Positions 1 to 11,807 of a stretch of DNA of 64,000 nucleotides are shown here, one piece after another (within the stretch, counting starts at the first letter, position 1; the number at the start of each line of letters is the position of its first letter). The translations under genes were made by a program, and so were the position numbers. The DNA comes from Candidatus Latescibacterota bacterium (GTDB taxonomy: Bacteria > Latescibacterota > UBA2968), in assembly GCA_965198115.1 (NCBI GenBank), contig OZ240241.1:4448001-4512000 (forward strand), in the 5' to 3' direction. The notes beneath the pieces are model-generated. The model had not been told where the DNA came from and did no database searches. It saw nothing but the letters and a program-made list of their open reading frames with translations.

Positions 1-156
1 GAGCGACGCCGCGGCGGACGCCCCCGCCAGCCCGGTCCCAACCACGATGATGTTGTAACGCCGCTTGTTGGCCGGGTTGACGAGCTTCATCTCGCTCTTA
101 CGGTTGTCCCATTTCTGCTCGATGGGACCATCTGGAATCTTGGAATCGAGCGGCAT
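1..156 (-). CDS. sdhA: Succinate dehydrogenase/fumarate reductase flavoprotein subunit, N-terminus (runs off window)
   Basis: Manual translation from ATG at 156: [52 protein letters not shown], with FAD-binding GxGLAG; TGATG overlap with the sdhC stop. Confidence 0.93.
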   Translation of the reverse strand, partial: MPLDSKIPDGPIEQKWDNRKSEMKLVNPANKRRYNIIVVGTGLAGASAAASL

Positions 157-851
157 CAGGAGGCTCCGGAGAAGTAAATCCAGATCGGTATCACGAAGAA
201 ACCTAGGGCGACGACAAATGCGATCACGCGACCCGCGCCATAGATGATGGGGGTGTACCGCTGATGATACAGGCCTAGGGACTGGAAAGCGCTCCAGAAC
301 GCGTGACTGAGGTGGATGCCGAGAATGATCATGGCGAGGGCATAGCCGATCGCCCATTCGGGCTGCTGGAACTTTTCGACGACCAGACGATACAGATCCC
401 GCATCTCCACACCTTCCACCGTCGCCACGTATCCTTCATCCTCTGCCGGACCGTATTTGAAGGTCCTCACGTGGACCACGATGAAGATCAGAACCAGAAA
501 GCCGGTGTAGACCATCGTGGAAGAGGCAAACGTCTTGCGGCTCGGTGACCCAGCCGATCTCAGTTTACCGTAGGCAATGGGGCGAGCTGCCTGCTTCCCA
601 CGCGCGATATTGATCGCCGTCCAGACGTGAATGAGCAGCGAACCCACCAGAATCAGTTCTGTCAGAATCAGCAGACCGCCCAGACCGACCAGAAAGTGAC
701 CGTAGCTGTTGAAGGCATCGGCGTTGCCTGTGAGGAGCTGGAGATTTCCGACCATGTGACCGATTACGAAACCGAGCATCACAAGACCGGAAAGGGACAT
801 CAGGATTTTACGGCCGACTGAGGATAGTGCCGCAGAAACGAGCGAGGCCAT
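156..851 (-). CDS. sdhC: Succinate dehydrogenase cytochrome b subunit (b558 family)
   Basis: [13 protein letters not shown]...HMVGNL, 5 TM helices, heme-ligand His residues ([14 protein letters not shown]); coupled to sdhA. Confidence 0.93.
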   Translation of the reverse strand: MASLVSAALSSVGRKILMSLSGLVMLGFVIGHMVGNLQLLTGNADAFNSYGHFLVGLGGLLILTELILVGSLLIHVWTAINIARGKQAARPIAYGKLRSAGSPSRKTFASSTMVYTGFLVLIFIVVHVRTFKYGPAEDEGYVATVEGVEMRDLYRLVVEKFQQPEWAIGYALAMIILGIHLSHAFWSAFQSLGLYHQRYTPIIYGAGRVIAFVVALGFFVIPIWIYFSGAS

Positions 852-1042
852 TCAGACTCCAAAAGGTTCTGATTCCTTGAACAAAGCTGGCTGGAACTTA
901 CTCCCGGCATTGGCGGATGTCAAGATTGCGCCCGTGAGCGAGGTCGCGTGCAATCTCATCCACGCATCGCACTTCTAGGGTCTTGGGCGTAGTCCTTGGC
1001 GATGACTGTCGAAAAGCCTTCGACTGGTTCGCCCACTTCGCA

Positions 1043-3253
1043 TCAAGCAATCTCGTACGCCACACTCTGAAGCGGCGACGCCACGATTGTCATCTTCGTG
1101 CCCACGATCGAATGGCAGTCTCTATTCTGATTCATCAGACGGACATAGCTGTCGAACACCTTCTCTACGTTGGGCATCCTTCGAAGCTCAAAGACGTCCG
1201 CTAGATCGAGGGTGACCTGCCGCGGCCACTGTAAGTCAAGATTATGGACGGCAACCAGTCCCCCCTTGTCCCCGAGCCGTGCGTAGGCCAGAATCCGATC
1301 TTCCTCCTCCCCTCCTGGAAATGTGGAGCGATGGAAGTAAATTCTCCCATCCCTCAACACGTCCTGGCCTTCCACAAAACGGTGCAAGCCTTCGTAAGAT
1401 TCAAAGAGAGCCACGCCCGGAGGCTCGTCCGCGCCGGACTCATCGATGAGAGTCGTATTTTCGAAATCGGTCTGTGTCTGCTCCCCCCACTCCGAGCCCC
1501 ATTCTGTGCCGTAGGATAGGTTCGTCAAACCAGCGCATCCGGCGGTCGCATCGATCAACGAAGCTTGCAGATTCTTGAGAAGCGCCATCGTCAACGAAGG
1601 CGCGTCGCTTCCCGTCTCCCCACGCCAGTACGTGCTGAGTGCCTCATCTTCCTGTAAGCGACCATCGAACCGCTCACGCCAGACACGGGTCGCCCTGGGA
1701 CTGTCGTGATTCTCAAAATAGGCCATCGCTACGGTGCCTGGGGGGTAAGCCCGATAGGTCTCCTCCAGAAAATCGATATACGGTGTGGCGCGATCTGCAT
1801 CGCGGTGGAAATCGACGAGCAGGGCGTAGACCACGTCGACCGGAACATCCACAGCTTCATCCAGCGGGCATAGTGTCTCTCCCAGAACGATCGCCTCCTC
1901 TTTAACCTCGTTGATCCGATTCTTGATCTGCTTGAGAAAGGGACGATCGATCGTTTGGCTCGCGTCGATGCGGACACCGTCAAAATCGCAGTGCCGAATC
2001 CAGAAGGGAGCAACGCCCGACAGGTAGTCCTGCAACGGTCGATTGAAGGGGAGATCCAAAAGCGCCACATCCGAGTAAACGAGCCAGGCAATCCGGTTGA
2101 TCCTCGGAACGCCAGCCTCATCCAACTCATACCACTCCGGGTGCTGCTCGATGAGCGAACAGTCGCGACTCGTCTGCTTGAGCACAAGATCGATGATCAC
2201 ACGCTTGCCGAGGGCGTGAGCTTCCCGCGTGAGCGCACGTAATCGAGCACGCCCCACAATCTGCCGCATCACGGGTTCCTCCACCCAGTCCATCAAAACC
2301 TTCCGCGAATCGAAACTCAGCAGGTCACTCGGCTCTCGTACGCGGTCCCTCTTTCTCGCATCGAGCAAGTCGCTCAGATCGAAGGGATCGATCAATCCTT
2401 CCGATACGAGACCCTCGAGATCGGCGTCATTCGGATCGTCGATCAGGGCGGGATCGATTCGAAAGAAATTCTTGACCGCATAGACACTGCCGAGCGCGCC
2501 CTTTCGAACATCTTCACCCGAGATAAGATCCTTGAATCCAGGCTCGAAAAAAGGCAACAGGTAGACGACGTCCGCGTGCATCGCTGACAATCGCTGCGTC
2601 ACCTGATCGATCGTGCCGCTGACGAAACGGTTGCCCTCCATTCGCGCTCCCATTTTTCTGGGACACACTTCGATCAGGGATGGACAGTCCAGCACCGATG
2701 TCGGGCCGACGACGAGCTGACAATCTCAGTTATGAGCGATATCGTTGATCGACACCCATCGCTTACCAGAATCCGCGACAGGCCTGCCATCGGCCGAAAA
2801 CTGGGCCGTTGCGTGAAAGACACCGGTCTTCGACACCTCGATCGGGTCTGACACGAACAGAACGTTGTTTCCTTTCAGAACCATTCGACCTCGGCTATCC
2901 GTCGCCGGATGCATGGGAAAGTGTGCGCCGCCCCCTGTCTGATAGATCCCCCGCTCATCGAGTGCTCCCCTGTCATTGACATCCGTCCAGACACGGGCAT
3001 CTACGCCGTGGCCGATGCCCTCCGGATCGGTATCTGTTACGTAGAGTTCCACTCTTACACGGACGCTCTGTGCGGATCCTGCCTCTATGTGGACCCGCAC
3101 AGAGCGCAGAATCCTGCCAGATCCCGTCCACACAGACGGCCAGGTTGCCTGCCCATACACGGGTCGGATCGTAGCGTTGGGGACTGAACGTGACGTGGAT
3201 GCTATCGTGGAGGGTAGCCATCGGTGGCGAAAGTAACCCTCCTTCATAATCAA
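1043..3253 (-). pseudogene. GH13 alpha-amylase-family protein with one in-frame TGA at 2726-2728
   Basis: ORFs 2726-3253 and 1043-2695 are in the same frame (IAHN*DCQLVVGPTSVLDCP); GH13 catalytic motifs DGVRIDAS, LGETL and FENHD are present. Confidence 0.75.
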
Positions 3254-3293
3254 ATCAAAGCACTCGGCGCACTCAGTCAGCAGCGCTCATTAG

Positions 3294-4924
3294 CCTGAAT
3301 TATGCATAAAAAAAAGGTAGTCTCCTTGTACAAGTGTTTGTTTTTCCCTACATTAGGGCTGACACATCAAAACAACACTTGGAAGGAACTACCGTGATAG
3401 AACCTAGTCAGATCCGGTTACCATTCGCAAGCATTTCGGGCAAGGTAGTTGAGGCTGATTTTGCCGGTGGCGCCGTCAGGAGTGACGGTGGAGTTCTGTT
3501 GCTTCGCGCCCTTGAGTCTCAGATGGGATTGATCGCCAGAATGGTAGATGCTTTGCGAGATCGTCGTCACCCAAGCTATATCGATCACACGCTTTTGGAT
3601 CTTGTGAAGCAGCGTGTTTTTCAGATCGCTTGCGGCTATGAAGATGCCGTCGATTGTGATGATTTGCGCCACGATCCGGGCGTCAAGGCTGCCTGCGATC
3701 GGCTTCCTCTTTCCGGTCCTGATCTCGGGAGCCAATCAACGATGACACGACTTGAGAATGATGTGCGACGCTCGGATTTGTATCGGCTCGCACGGGCTTT
3801 TGTAGACGGGTTCATCGCATCGTATGACCAGGCACCCCCAAGCATCATTCTCGATATCGACGACACGGATGACCCAACGCACGGTGCGCAACAATTTTCA
3901 CTCTTCAACGCGTATTACAATGAACACTGCTATATGCCGCTACATATCTATGAAGGCCAAAGCGGCAAGCTCATTACGACGATCTTGAGACCCGGGCATC
4001 CGACGAACGGTAAACAGGTCGTTTCTATTCTCAAGCGCTTGGTGGAACACCTACGCGGATCTTGGCCAAACGTGGAGATCATCGTTCGCGCAGACTCAAA
4101 GTTCAGCTCACCAGAGATGCACGATTTCTGCGAAGACAACGGTATCTACTACGTTCTGGGCCAGGGCGCCAACTCCAAGCTCAAAGCGGCTGGACAAAAC
4201 CTGATGGACCAAGCGCTACGTCTGAGCGAGCATAAGGAGACGATTCGCTTGTTCTCATCCTTCTCATATCAGGCTGGCACCTACCGGCAGCCTCGCCGGA
4301 TCATTCACAAGGCTGAAGTCACAAACGGCGAAGCAAATCCAAGATACCGCGTGACCAATTTACAGAGTAATCGAGACGGCTTTATCTATGATCGTATCTA
4401 CTGCGCAAGGGGACGCACGGAAGGCTTCATCAAGGACCACAAAACATTCCTTCACTCCGATCGAACATCGTGCCACAAGTTTGAAGCCAACCAGTTCCGA
4501 CTCTTTCTACACAGTGCTGCATACGCCTTGCTTCACGCACTCCGATCACAGGGACTCAAGGGCACCGCGTGGACCAAACCTCAGGTCAACACGATACAGA
4601 ACCGTTTCCTCAAAATCGGCGCGAGAGTCATTGAAAGCGCACGAAGAATCCGATTCCATTTTCCAACATCGTATCCACTCAAAAACGTCTTGGTGTCAAT
4701 CATCACCAGGCTCGAAACGAACACGCAGTAACAACGCCGATCTATACCGGGGACAGCTATGTACACGTCGCAAAACAACACCTGTTCCGGACGAAAATCG
4801 TGACTCTTGCGACTCGTAGAGACCGCTTACGGGACCTTGGACATCCGAAGAAGCCGAGAACAAATCCTGTGCGTGATCACATCACTCCAAAACAACCTAA
4901 ACTCAAATTCATGCATGATTCAGG
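3294..4924 (+). mobile_element. IS1380-family insertion sequence
   Basis: Terminal IRs CCTGAATTATGCATAAA / CCTGAATCATGCATGAA (reverse complement) enclose a transposase; ~1.63 kb. Confidence 0.9.
3334..4731 (+). CDS. IS1380-family DDE transposase
   Basis: Motifs ADFAGGAVRSDGG, GYEDAVDCDDLRHDP, LDIDDTDD, RADSKF, YCARGRTEGFIKD; the true start may be GTG ~3394. Confidence 0.92.
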   Translation: MFVFPYIRADTSKQHLEGTTVIEPSQIRLPFASISGKVVEADFAGGAVRSDGGVLLLRALESQMGLIARMVDALRDRRHPSYIDHTLLDLVKQRVFQIACGYEDAVDCDDLRHDPGVKAACDRLPLSGPDLGSQSTMTRLENDVRRSDLYRLARAFVDGFIASYDQAPPSIILDIDDTDDPTHGAQQFSLFNAYYNEHCYMPLHIYEGQSGKLITTILRPGHPTNGKQVVSILKRLVEHLRGSWPNVEIIVRADSKFSSPEMHDFCEDNGIYYVLGQGANSKLKAAGQNLMDQALRLSEHKETIRLFSSFSYQAGTYRQPRRIIHKAEVTNGEANPRYRVTNLQSNRDGFIYDRIYCARGRTEGFIKDHKTFLHSDRTSCHKFEANQFRLFLHSAAYALLHALRSQGLKGTAWTKPQVNTIQNRFLKIGARVIESARRIRFHFPTSYPLKNVLVSIITRLETNTQ

Positions 4925-4960
4925 CTAGTACCTGTCTTAAGCTTTTGATAAATATGAAGT

Positions 4961-5947
4961 TTAAAGGCGAACCACCTTCCCAGTATTTCCCGACTCCACG
5001 ATGGCGCAGGCGATGGCGATATTGATTCTCCCTTCCTCACCGGGGACGGGTGAAGGGCCATCGTTCCGGATGGCCTCGATGAACTGCCCGTTCGGGGTCA
5101 GGCGGCCAAGATCCCGGTCCCTTCCGGGATCGGGCTCGACGGTGATTTCCTCGGGTTCATCCATATCAGCCGTCTTGACCTTGACGGTATTTCGACCCGC
5201 TGCAACGGCCGAGCCCTTCGTGCCTGTGAAGCCGCGACCGGAAGATGGGAGCGTTTGCGACTGACTGGCCTCGAGATTTCCGAACCCACCGTTCGCGAAG
5301 GTCAGGATGGCGGAGAAGTGATCGAGGAAGGTGGGGGCCTCTTCGCGGCTGAAGGCGATCCGGGCGTAGACATCGGTGACGTCACCCCCGATGCTGCGCA
5401 CGAAGTCGATTTCGTGGACTTCCCACTCGAAGACGATGCCGCCGCTCTTGTCGAAGTCGAGCCGCCAGTTGGCTTCGTTCTTGATGCGATGATAGCTCTC
5501 TCGAAGACTCCAGGATTTGACGAAGTCTCCACAGCGTCCCGAGTCCAGGATGCGCTTGAGCTCGATCAGCGCGGGCATAAAGCGAGTCGACTGATCGACC
5601 ATTATCTTGACGCCCGCGTCCTTCGCGGTCGCGATCATCCGGTCGCAGTCTTCGAGCGAGAGCGCCATCGGCTTCTCGCACATCACGTGGGCGCCCGATT
5701 CCGCACAGTCGATCGTCTGCTGCGCGTGGAGAAAGCACGGCGAACAGACCCAGACGGCCTCCGGTTTCGCGTCCACGAGCATCGCACGGTGGTCGCCGTA
5801 GGCTTTGCCACCGACGTCGGAGGCGAGTGCTTCTGCACGATCCGTCATCGGATCCGCGACGCCCACGACCTGGACGTCGTCGATCGCAACGAGACTCTTT
5901 ACGTGGCCTGCCGCATTGTTGCCGGCGCCGATGATCGCGACTTTCAT
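4961..5947 (-). CDS. Gfo/Idh/MocA-family oxidoreductase
   Basis: MKVAIIGAG Rossmann start, HVMCEKPMA motif, SGGIVFEWEVHEID. Confidence 0.9.
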   Translation of the reverse strand: MKVAIIGAGNNAAGHVKSLVAIDDVQVVGVADPMTDRAEALASDVGGKAYGDHRAMLVDAKPEAVWVCSPCFLHAQQTIDCAESGAHVMCEKPMALSLEDCDRMIATAKDAGVKIMVDQSTRFMPALIELKRILDSGRCGDFVKSWSLRESYHRIKNEANWRLDFDKSGGIVFEWEVHEIDFVRSIGGDVTDVYARIAFSREEAPTFLDHFSAILTFANGGFGNLEASQSQTLPSSGRGFTGTKGSAVAAGRNTVKVKTADMDEPEEITVEPDPGRDRDLGRLTPNGQFIEAIRNDGPSPVPGEEGRINIAIACAIVESGNTGKVVRL

Positions 5948-6948
5948 ATCTATACCAAGAGAAAGAACTTTACCACGGAGAGCACGGAGAGAACCCTGAG
6001 TAAATCGAGGCAAGTCATAGCCACGCCCATACCGGATTCTTCGCGGCCGGAGGCCGCTCCTACCCGGTGGCGCTGCCACGCCTGCTCGCTGTCCTCGCTG
6101 CTATGCCTCTGCTACCACCCTCTTCAGGTTCGCGACGCCGGTGGTAATGCTGCCGAGGATGTCATCCGGATCGACGACTTCGAGAGAGACGGTGCCGTCG
6201 TAGCCGGCGTCCTTGAGGATGCGGATGATCTGTGGCCAGTCGGAGTCTCCTTCGCCACCGATGGCGTTCTTGATGTATTGGCCGTTGGGTGCCTGACGCC
6301 AGCTGTCATCCTGTGGTTCATCCGAGATGTGGAGGTCTTTCAGATGGGCGTGGACGACATCGCCCGCCAGGCGACGCACGCCTTCGATGTGATCCTGGCC
6401 GAAGACGGCACGGAAGTTCGTCGGGTCGATGTTGACGCCAAAGTTGTTACGGTCGACGAGACGGACGAGGCGTTCGGTCTGTTCGATGCGGCCGAGATGA
6501 CGGCCGTGGTTCTCGACGCCGACTGAGATGTCCATCGCCGCGGCGTCATCTGCGATCTGTTGCATCGACGCGGCCATCCGCTCGAGGACGTCGTCGAAGT
6601 CTGTGTCCTCGGGGGCATTGGGGAGTGACGAACGAGGATCGAGGCGGATGCGATCGGTTCCGAGGATCTGGGCGATTTCCAGTCGTGCGATACAGATCTC
6701 CAGACACTCCTGACTGGCCTCATCGTCGTAGACGGCAAAATTGCTGTCGAGCGTATAGCACGAGGCCGTGAGTCCCACTTCGTCCAGAATCTCCCGTGCT
6801 TCCTTCGCCTGTTCGGCTTCATCCCGCCCGTGATCCCAGTAGCGCGAGAGTGGTTCGTAACAGTCGGCTTCCGTTTTCTCACCGACAAAACGAATCGCAG
6901 ACGGCACGTCGATCTCGCCATCGAGGAACAGCTTGTTGAAGCAGTAAC

Positions 6949-7585
6949 TAAACCTTGGTAAGCCCCCGGCTCTGCCGGGGAGACTCCCAGAGTTTGACAG
7001 TTCCAGAAATATGTAAGAGCCTCCCTTGCCGTGGACCGCTCAAAGCACACGGAAGGAAGGCTCTCTAATGAACAACGTAAGGAGTCTACGTCACACGGTT
7101 TGGGAGTGCAAGTATGACGTTGTTTGGGTTCGGAAGTATCGTAGAAAAGTGTTGTATGGTGAAATTCGTCGCTATCTGGGCGAGGTGATTCGGGATCTGG
7201 CCGCACAGAAGGAATGCCGTGTGGAAGAGGGTCACCTGCGATCCGACCATGTGCACACGCTGATTTCGATCCCGCCGAAGCACTCAGTAGCTCAGACGGT
7301 AGGGTTCATCAAAGGAAAGAGTGCGATTCACATTGCTCGGAACTATCTGGGACGCAGGTCGAACTTCACCGGGCAGCATTTCTGGGCAAGAGGCTACTGG
7401 GTCTCCACCGTTGGCAAGGATGAACAGACGGTTCGGGAGTATATCCAGAACCAGGAGCGGGAGGACCGGCGTCTCGACCAGCTCAACATTTTCAGGTAAT
7501 CGCCACCTTTAGGTGGCGCTTGGTTTCCAACCGCTTTGAGCGGTTCACAAGTTTTCAAGCCTCCGGCTTTGCCGGAGGTCATGAC
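6949..7585 (+). mobile_element. IS200/IS605-family element, tnpA only (637 bp), copy 1
   Basis: Subterminal hairpins CCCCGGCTCTGCCGGGG and CCTCCGGCTTTGCCGGAGG; near-identical copy at 29315-29951. Confidence 0.92.
7068..7499 (+). CDS. tnpA: IS200-type Y1 HUH transposase
   Basis: KYRRKVLY, DHVHTL (HUH motif), FWARGY, catalytic Tyr in REYIQNQ. Confidence 0.95.
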   Translation: MNNVRSLRHTVWECKYDVVWVRKYRRKVLYGEIRRYLGEVIRDLAAQKECRVEEGHLRSDHVHTLISIPPKHSVAQTVGFIKGKSAIHIARNYLGRRSNFTGQHFWARGYWVSTVGKDEQTVREYIQNQEREDRRLDQLNIFR

Positions 7586-7755
7586 TGCAGACACCCGTTT
7601 TCATACTTTAAGCTCACCTAGGTTTAACGGTTGGCGATACGGCGTCCCCGTGCCGGAGCACGGGGACGAGCGCGCCGCCTTAATTGGATAGATTGAGTCG
7701 TGTGTCGTGCTCGCCCCTGAGCTCTGCTCGGGGGCGCCGTCGTGTTTTCGTGGTT

Positions 7756-8478
7756 CTACCCTCGAACACGTTTCGTCAACGCAGCCAACTCGGCCTGACA
7801 CGCCTTCCGTGCCTCGGCGAACCCCTCTTGGGTGACGTTGTCCCCGTTGAGGTAGTCGAGGACGATCTGCTCAGCGGCCACGTAGGGTTCGCAGACGTCA
7901 GCGACCTGAGCGGCAATCTCGTTTGGGATGGTCGAGACACCGTTGCAGTCGGCGTGGATCAAATCGCCGGGCAAGACCGGCAGACCGCCGATATGGACGG
8001 GTACGTGGACGTCGACGATGTGTCCGTATCCGTGCGAGGCGATGGCGCCGTTGCTGAAAGCGGGAAACCCGATTTCCCTGACCTGGTCCAGGTCGCGGGC
8101 TGCGCCGCTCGTTATGAGACCGACTGCGCCAAAGGTCTTGTACGTCGTGCACATCACCTCACCAAAGGAGGCAGCGGAGGTGGGCTCATCGAGGTCCTGC
8201 AAGACGACGACCGGGGGCCCCGGAATTTGGGCGAACGCTTCGAGCTGTTCACCCATACTCCCATACGCGATCCCGTCGACGGGCGGAGCGTCCGCGCGCC
8301 AGGTAGCCGTGGACGCGTAGCCTACGGTCGGTGGCATTTCGGGAAAACAGGCTTTGATGCTTTCGTTCGTGTATCCGACATTTCGTTTTTGTACGTCGAA
8401 GACTTCGATGACGTTGCAGATGGTCGGCGTGTCGTATTGACGAAGCCGGTCCAGCTCTTTCTGGGACAGTCCACCCAT
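7756..8478 (-). CDS. RraA-family / HMG-aldolase-like protein
   Basis: YDTPTICNVIE, VGYAST, FGEVM, GAARDLD, GDLIHADCNGV. Confidence 0.85.
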   Translation of the reverse strand: MGGLSQKELDRLRQYDTPTICNVIEVFDVQKRNVGYTNESIKACFPEMPPTVGYASTATWRADAPPVDGIAYGSMGEQLEAFAQIPGPPVVVLQDLDEPTSAASFGEVMCTTYKTFGAVGLITSGAARDLDQVREIGFPAFSNGAIASHGYGHIVDVHVPVHIGGLPVLPGDLIHADCNGVSTIPNEIAAQVADVCEPYVAAEQIVLDYLNGDNVTQEGFAEARKACQAELAALTKRVRG

Positions 8479-8491
8479 CGATGTTTACTCC

Positions 8492-9256
8492 TCAGACTCT
8501 GTTGTTCCCTCGTGGCATGAAGATTTCGTGTCGCTGCGGATCAGAATACCCTTCGATGTGGGCTGGCGCCACGCCCGGGCTCGAGAGGGCGACACGTACG
8601 ATCTCTTTGTTGAAGACGCTCACACCCTCCGCGTCCAGATACTCGGTGACGGGCATCCAGAGCGCTTCGGCGATCTCCTCCGCCTGGATGGTCACGTCCT
8701 GTGTCAGCGGGCGCAGACGGCACACGAAGTAAATGTCGCTCTTGCCATAGCGGTAGCCGTGCCAGTGCCGGAAGCATACGAGCGAGACGAATTCGGCGTC
8801 GACCCCTGTCTCCTCCTTGACTTCACGGATCACACACTGCTCGAGGTGCTCGCCGGCGTGCAGCGCGCCCCCTGGCAGCTTGTATGACGGCGTTTTTGAT
8901 CGTCGATAGCGTTCGCTTACGACGAGAAGCTCCTCCTTCTCGTTCAAAACGACGCCTCCGGCTCCAGTATAGTGCGTCGCGAACGGTGGAATGAAGGCCC
9001 CGTGCTCGAGTTGGTGAGTGAGCATCAAGTAGTCAACGTGACTGTGATGGAACGTGAACCCGTGATGGACGGCGATCGGGATGAGCGACGATTTTTCGAT
9101 CGGTACTTCGAGCCAGACGAGTTTAAAGTCGTCCCCCAACCATGTCTGTATGGAGACCCTCAGCCGGTCGTCGAAGTCCACCGGATCATCGGGTAAATGG
9201 GCCGGATCGGTGATGACGCCGCCAAACGGGTTTGTCGAAAATGCCAACGTATCCAT
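8492..9256 (-). CDS. NUDIX hydrolase (NUDT6-like, with N-terminal extension)
   Basis: Nudix box GGALHAGEHLEQCVIREVKEETG; FTFHH and KSDIYFVCRL motifs. Confidence 0.88.
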   Translation of the reverse strand: MDTLAFSTNPFGGVITDPAHLPDDPVDFDDRLRVSIQTWLGDDFKLVWLEVPIEKSSLIPIAVHHGFTFHHSHVDYLMLTHQLEHGAFIPPFATHYTGAGGVVLNEKEELLVVSERYRRSKTPSYKLPGGALHAGEHLEQCVIREVKEETGVDAEFVSLVCFRHWHGYRYGKSDIYFVCRLRPLTQDVTIQAEEIAEALWMPVTEYLDAEGVSVFNKEIVRVALSSPGVAPAHIEGYSDPQRHEIFMPRGNNRV

Positions 9257-9403
9257 AGTCCTCCTCGTGTTTGCCAGAGACGGCTGCTATGGTAGGTTCT
9301 GCATTCGAGCCGTGCAAGTGAATCGTGAGGGAGCCTTGACCCGCGGCGTGTTCCGCCCTATCCTGACGCCTCACTTCCCCCACTGAAATCACGGAGATTT
9401 CGC

Positions 9404-11807
9404 GTGGACTGGTTCCTTCTCAGCAAGCATTCGATCAGTTCCCTCGCCCAGTTCGTTCTGTCCCTGCTGATCACTGGCTACCTTCTCACCATCCGACGCA
9501 AGAGCGTGCCGACCTGGCTGTTGATCGGATTCTTCTCCGCCTTTACGGTCGCGTTGCTGTGCTCGTTTCTGCTTGTAGCGACACAGTCCGTGTATCGGCC
9601 CGTGTTCGGAGCCGCGCAAGCGATCCTGGGTGGGGTTTACGTGGTCATCATCATCCAGTTCGCCTACTGGTTTCCGACGAATCCGAACCCGCGGGAGTCG
9701 AGGATCGTTCTGTGGGTATCCACGGCGGTCGCGGCCGCACTCGTCTGGATCGGTGCAACCAACCTGCGGACGGATCCGACCTATGCGTTGTTGGTCCTCA
9801 GCTTCGGTCTTGGTGTATTGGTGGTCTGGGCCATCATCGTGTTTCTGAGACAGTCCGCCCACTACGCGCTGGGGACGAAGGATGCGGCTCTACTGACACC
9901 CAGGCATTCGGGTGCTCGAAACGCGAGGGCGCATCGCTCGTTCGCCTGGCTTGTCGGGCTGCTGCTCGTTCTCAGTCTCTCCTCGGTCCTCGAGGGGGCC
10001 GACATCATCTCGTTGGAAACGCTGATATCGATCGTGGCCGCGCTCTACCTGTGGTTTCTGATCGCCTTCGTTTTCGTCTACATCAACAACGCGCCCGTGC
10101 CGTCGACGTTTCTCGCGAAACTCGTGGGCGTACCCCTGGTGACGATGTTAGCCGTCGTCGGGGTGATGGGGAACGTGATCCTGGGTGCGCTCGAGCAGAC
10201 GTATGACACCGAACGTCGTAGAGAGCAGCGTCAGATCCTCCGGGGTATCGTCGAGGAGAACGATGCGTTGATTCCCGAGGGCGTTCGAATGGTGACGGCC
10301 CATCCGATTGACGTGGAGGGGGCAGCCAGGGTGCTTTACACAGGGGGAGATGAAGGCGGGCGAGGTGGCTTCGGCCCGTCTGGGGGACAGCCCTTTGCCA
10401 ACCGTGACGACGCCCTGCGCTTTCATCGAGCCTACGTGGAGGGAGAGTTTACGCCGGGCGTGCTCGATCACCTGCGTGCCAACACGTCTATGCGGCCAAA
10501 TGATGCAAAGGAGCTGATGCTGTCGGAGTTGAATCGGACCGACCTGATCCGGCTGACGTCGGAATTCAAATACCGGGGAACGGTGCAAGATCTGCGGTGT
10601 TCGATCTACTACTTCACGATGAGCGGTTTCCTGTTCGAGGCCGTTTACGCTCCCCACCTTTACCCGCGATACATTCACAGCTACGCCGTCCGAATGGCCG
10701 GCTTTCTGGTGGGGGCGACCCTGGTGATGCTCGTCGGCTTCCCCTACATCTTCAAGGGCGGAATGGATCGGCCCTTGCAGTCGCTGCTGACGGGTATGCG
10801 GGAGGTGAACGGCGGGAACACGGACGTGGCCGTACCGATTTACGTGGAGGACGAGTTCGGGGAATTGACCCATTCGTTCAACGGGATGGTCGATTCGATT
10901 CGCCGGGCGGAGGCGGGTTTGCGTCGTAACGCCGAGGCGCTGGAGGAGGCCAACCGGACGCTCGAACAGCGTGTCGACGAGAGAACGCGTGACCTGAACG
11001 AGAAGAACGATCAGCTTGAAACGGCCATCGTCGATCTGCAGGCGGCGCAGAATCAGCTGGTGGTGCAGGAGAAGATGGTGTCTCTCGGCCAACTCGTCGC
11101 CGGTCTCGCCCACGAGATCAACAATCCGGTCGGTGCCATCAACGCTTCGACCGATGTGGTGGCCCGGTGCGTCGATCAGGTCGATTCGGAAGTTACGGAA
11201 CAGTCGACCATCGAAGGGTTGCGTATAAGCTCGCGCTTTGGCCGGGCGACGCAGCTGCTGCGCGATAACATCGGGGTGCTCGGAGAGGCGGGAGACCGAA
11301 TTGCCCGTATCGTTCGTACCCTTCGGAATTTCGTGAGGTTGGACGAGGCGGCGTATCAGGTCGCGAGTGTCGAGGAAGGGCTCGAGAGTACGATTGCTCT
11401 GATGCGAACCCAGATTCAGGAGGGGGTCGAGGTGACCACCTCTTTCGCGGGTGTGGATCCGATTCCGTGTTCGCCGGGTGAGCTGAATCAGGTGTTCATG
11501 AATCTGATACGCAAATGCGTCCGAAGCGATAGACGGCACGGGGGTCATCGAGGTCAAGACCGGCGAGGATGACCATCGCGTGACTGTCACGGTGCGGGAC
11601 GACGGGCGCGGAATTCCAGAGGGGCGGCTTCAGACGATTTTCGATCTGGGCTTCAGTCGGCGCGGAGACCGTGTCAGGATGGGCACGGGATTGTCGACGG
11701 CGCTTCGGATCGTGCAGGCCCACCGGGGGGAACTGAACATCGACAGCGAAGAAGGGCGTGGTACGACCGTGACCGTCGTCCTTCCCAAGGAAGAGGCGAA
11801 TGGCTGA
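9404..11807 (+). CDS. Multi-TM HAMP sensor histidine kinase; +1 frameshift at ~11513
   Basis: TM N-terminus, HAMP (DEFGELTHSFNGM), H-box LAHEINNP; removing one A from CGCAAATGCG joins NLIRNASEAI to the HATPase G boxes (DDGRGI, GTGLS). Confidence 0.85.

Larger units (their letters stand above)
6101..7604 (-). pseudogene. Sugar-phosphate isomerase/epimerase (xylose-isomerase-like TIM barrel) split by an IS200/IS605 element
   Basis: Removing 6949-7585 gives MKTGVCS|YCFNKLFLDGEIDVPSAIRF...; motifs VENHG, IDPTN, HAHLKD, YDGTVSLE. Confidence 0.88.

Noticed and set aside
7499-7600. TnpB/omegaRNA system with the IS200/IS605 elements
   Set aside because: Only ~86 bp separate the tnpA stop from the right end; no tnpB or iscB ORF
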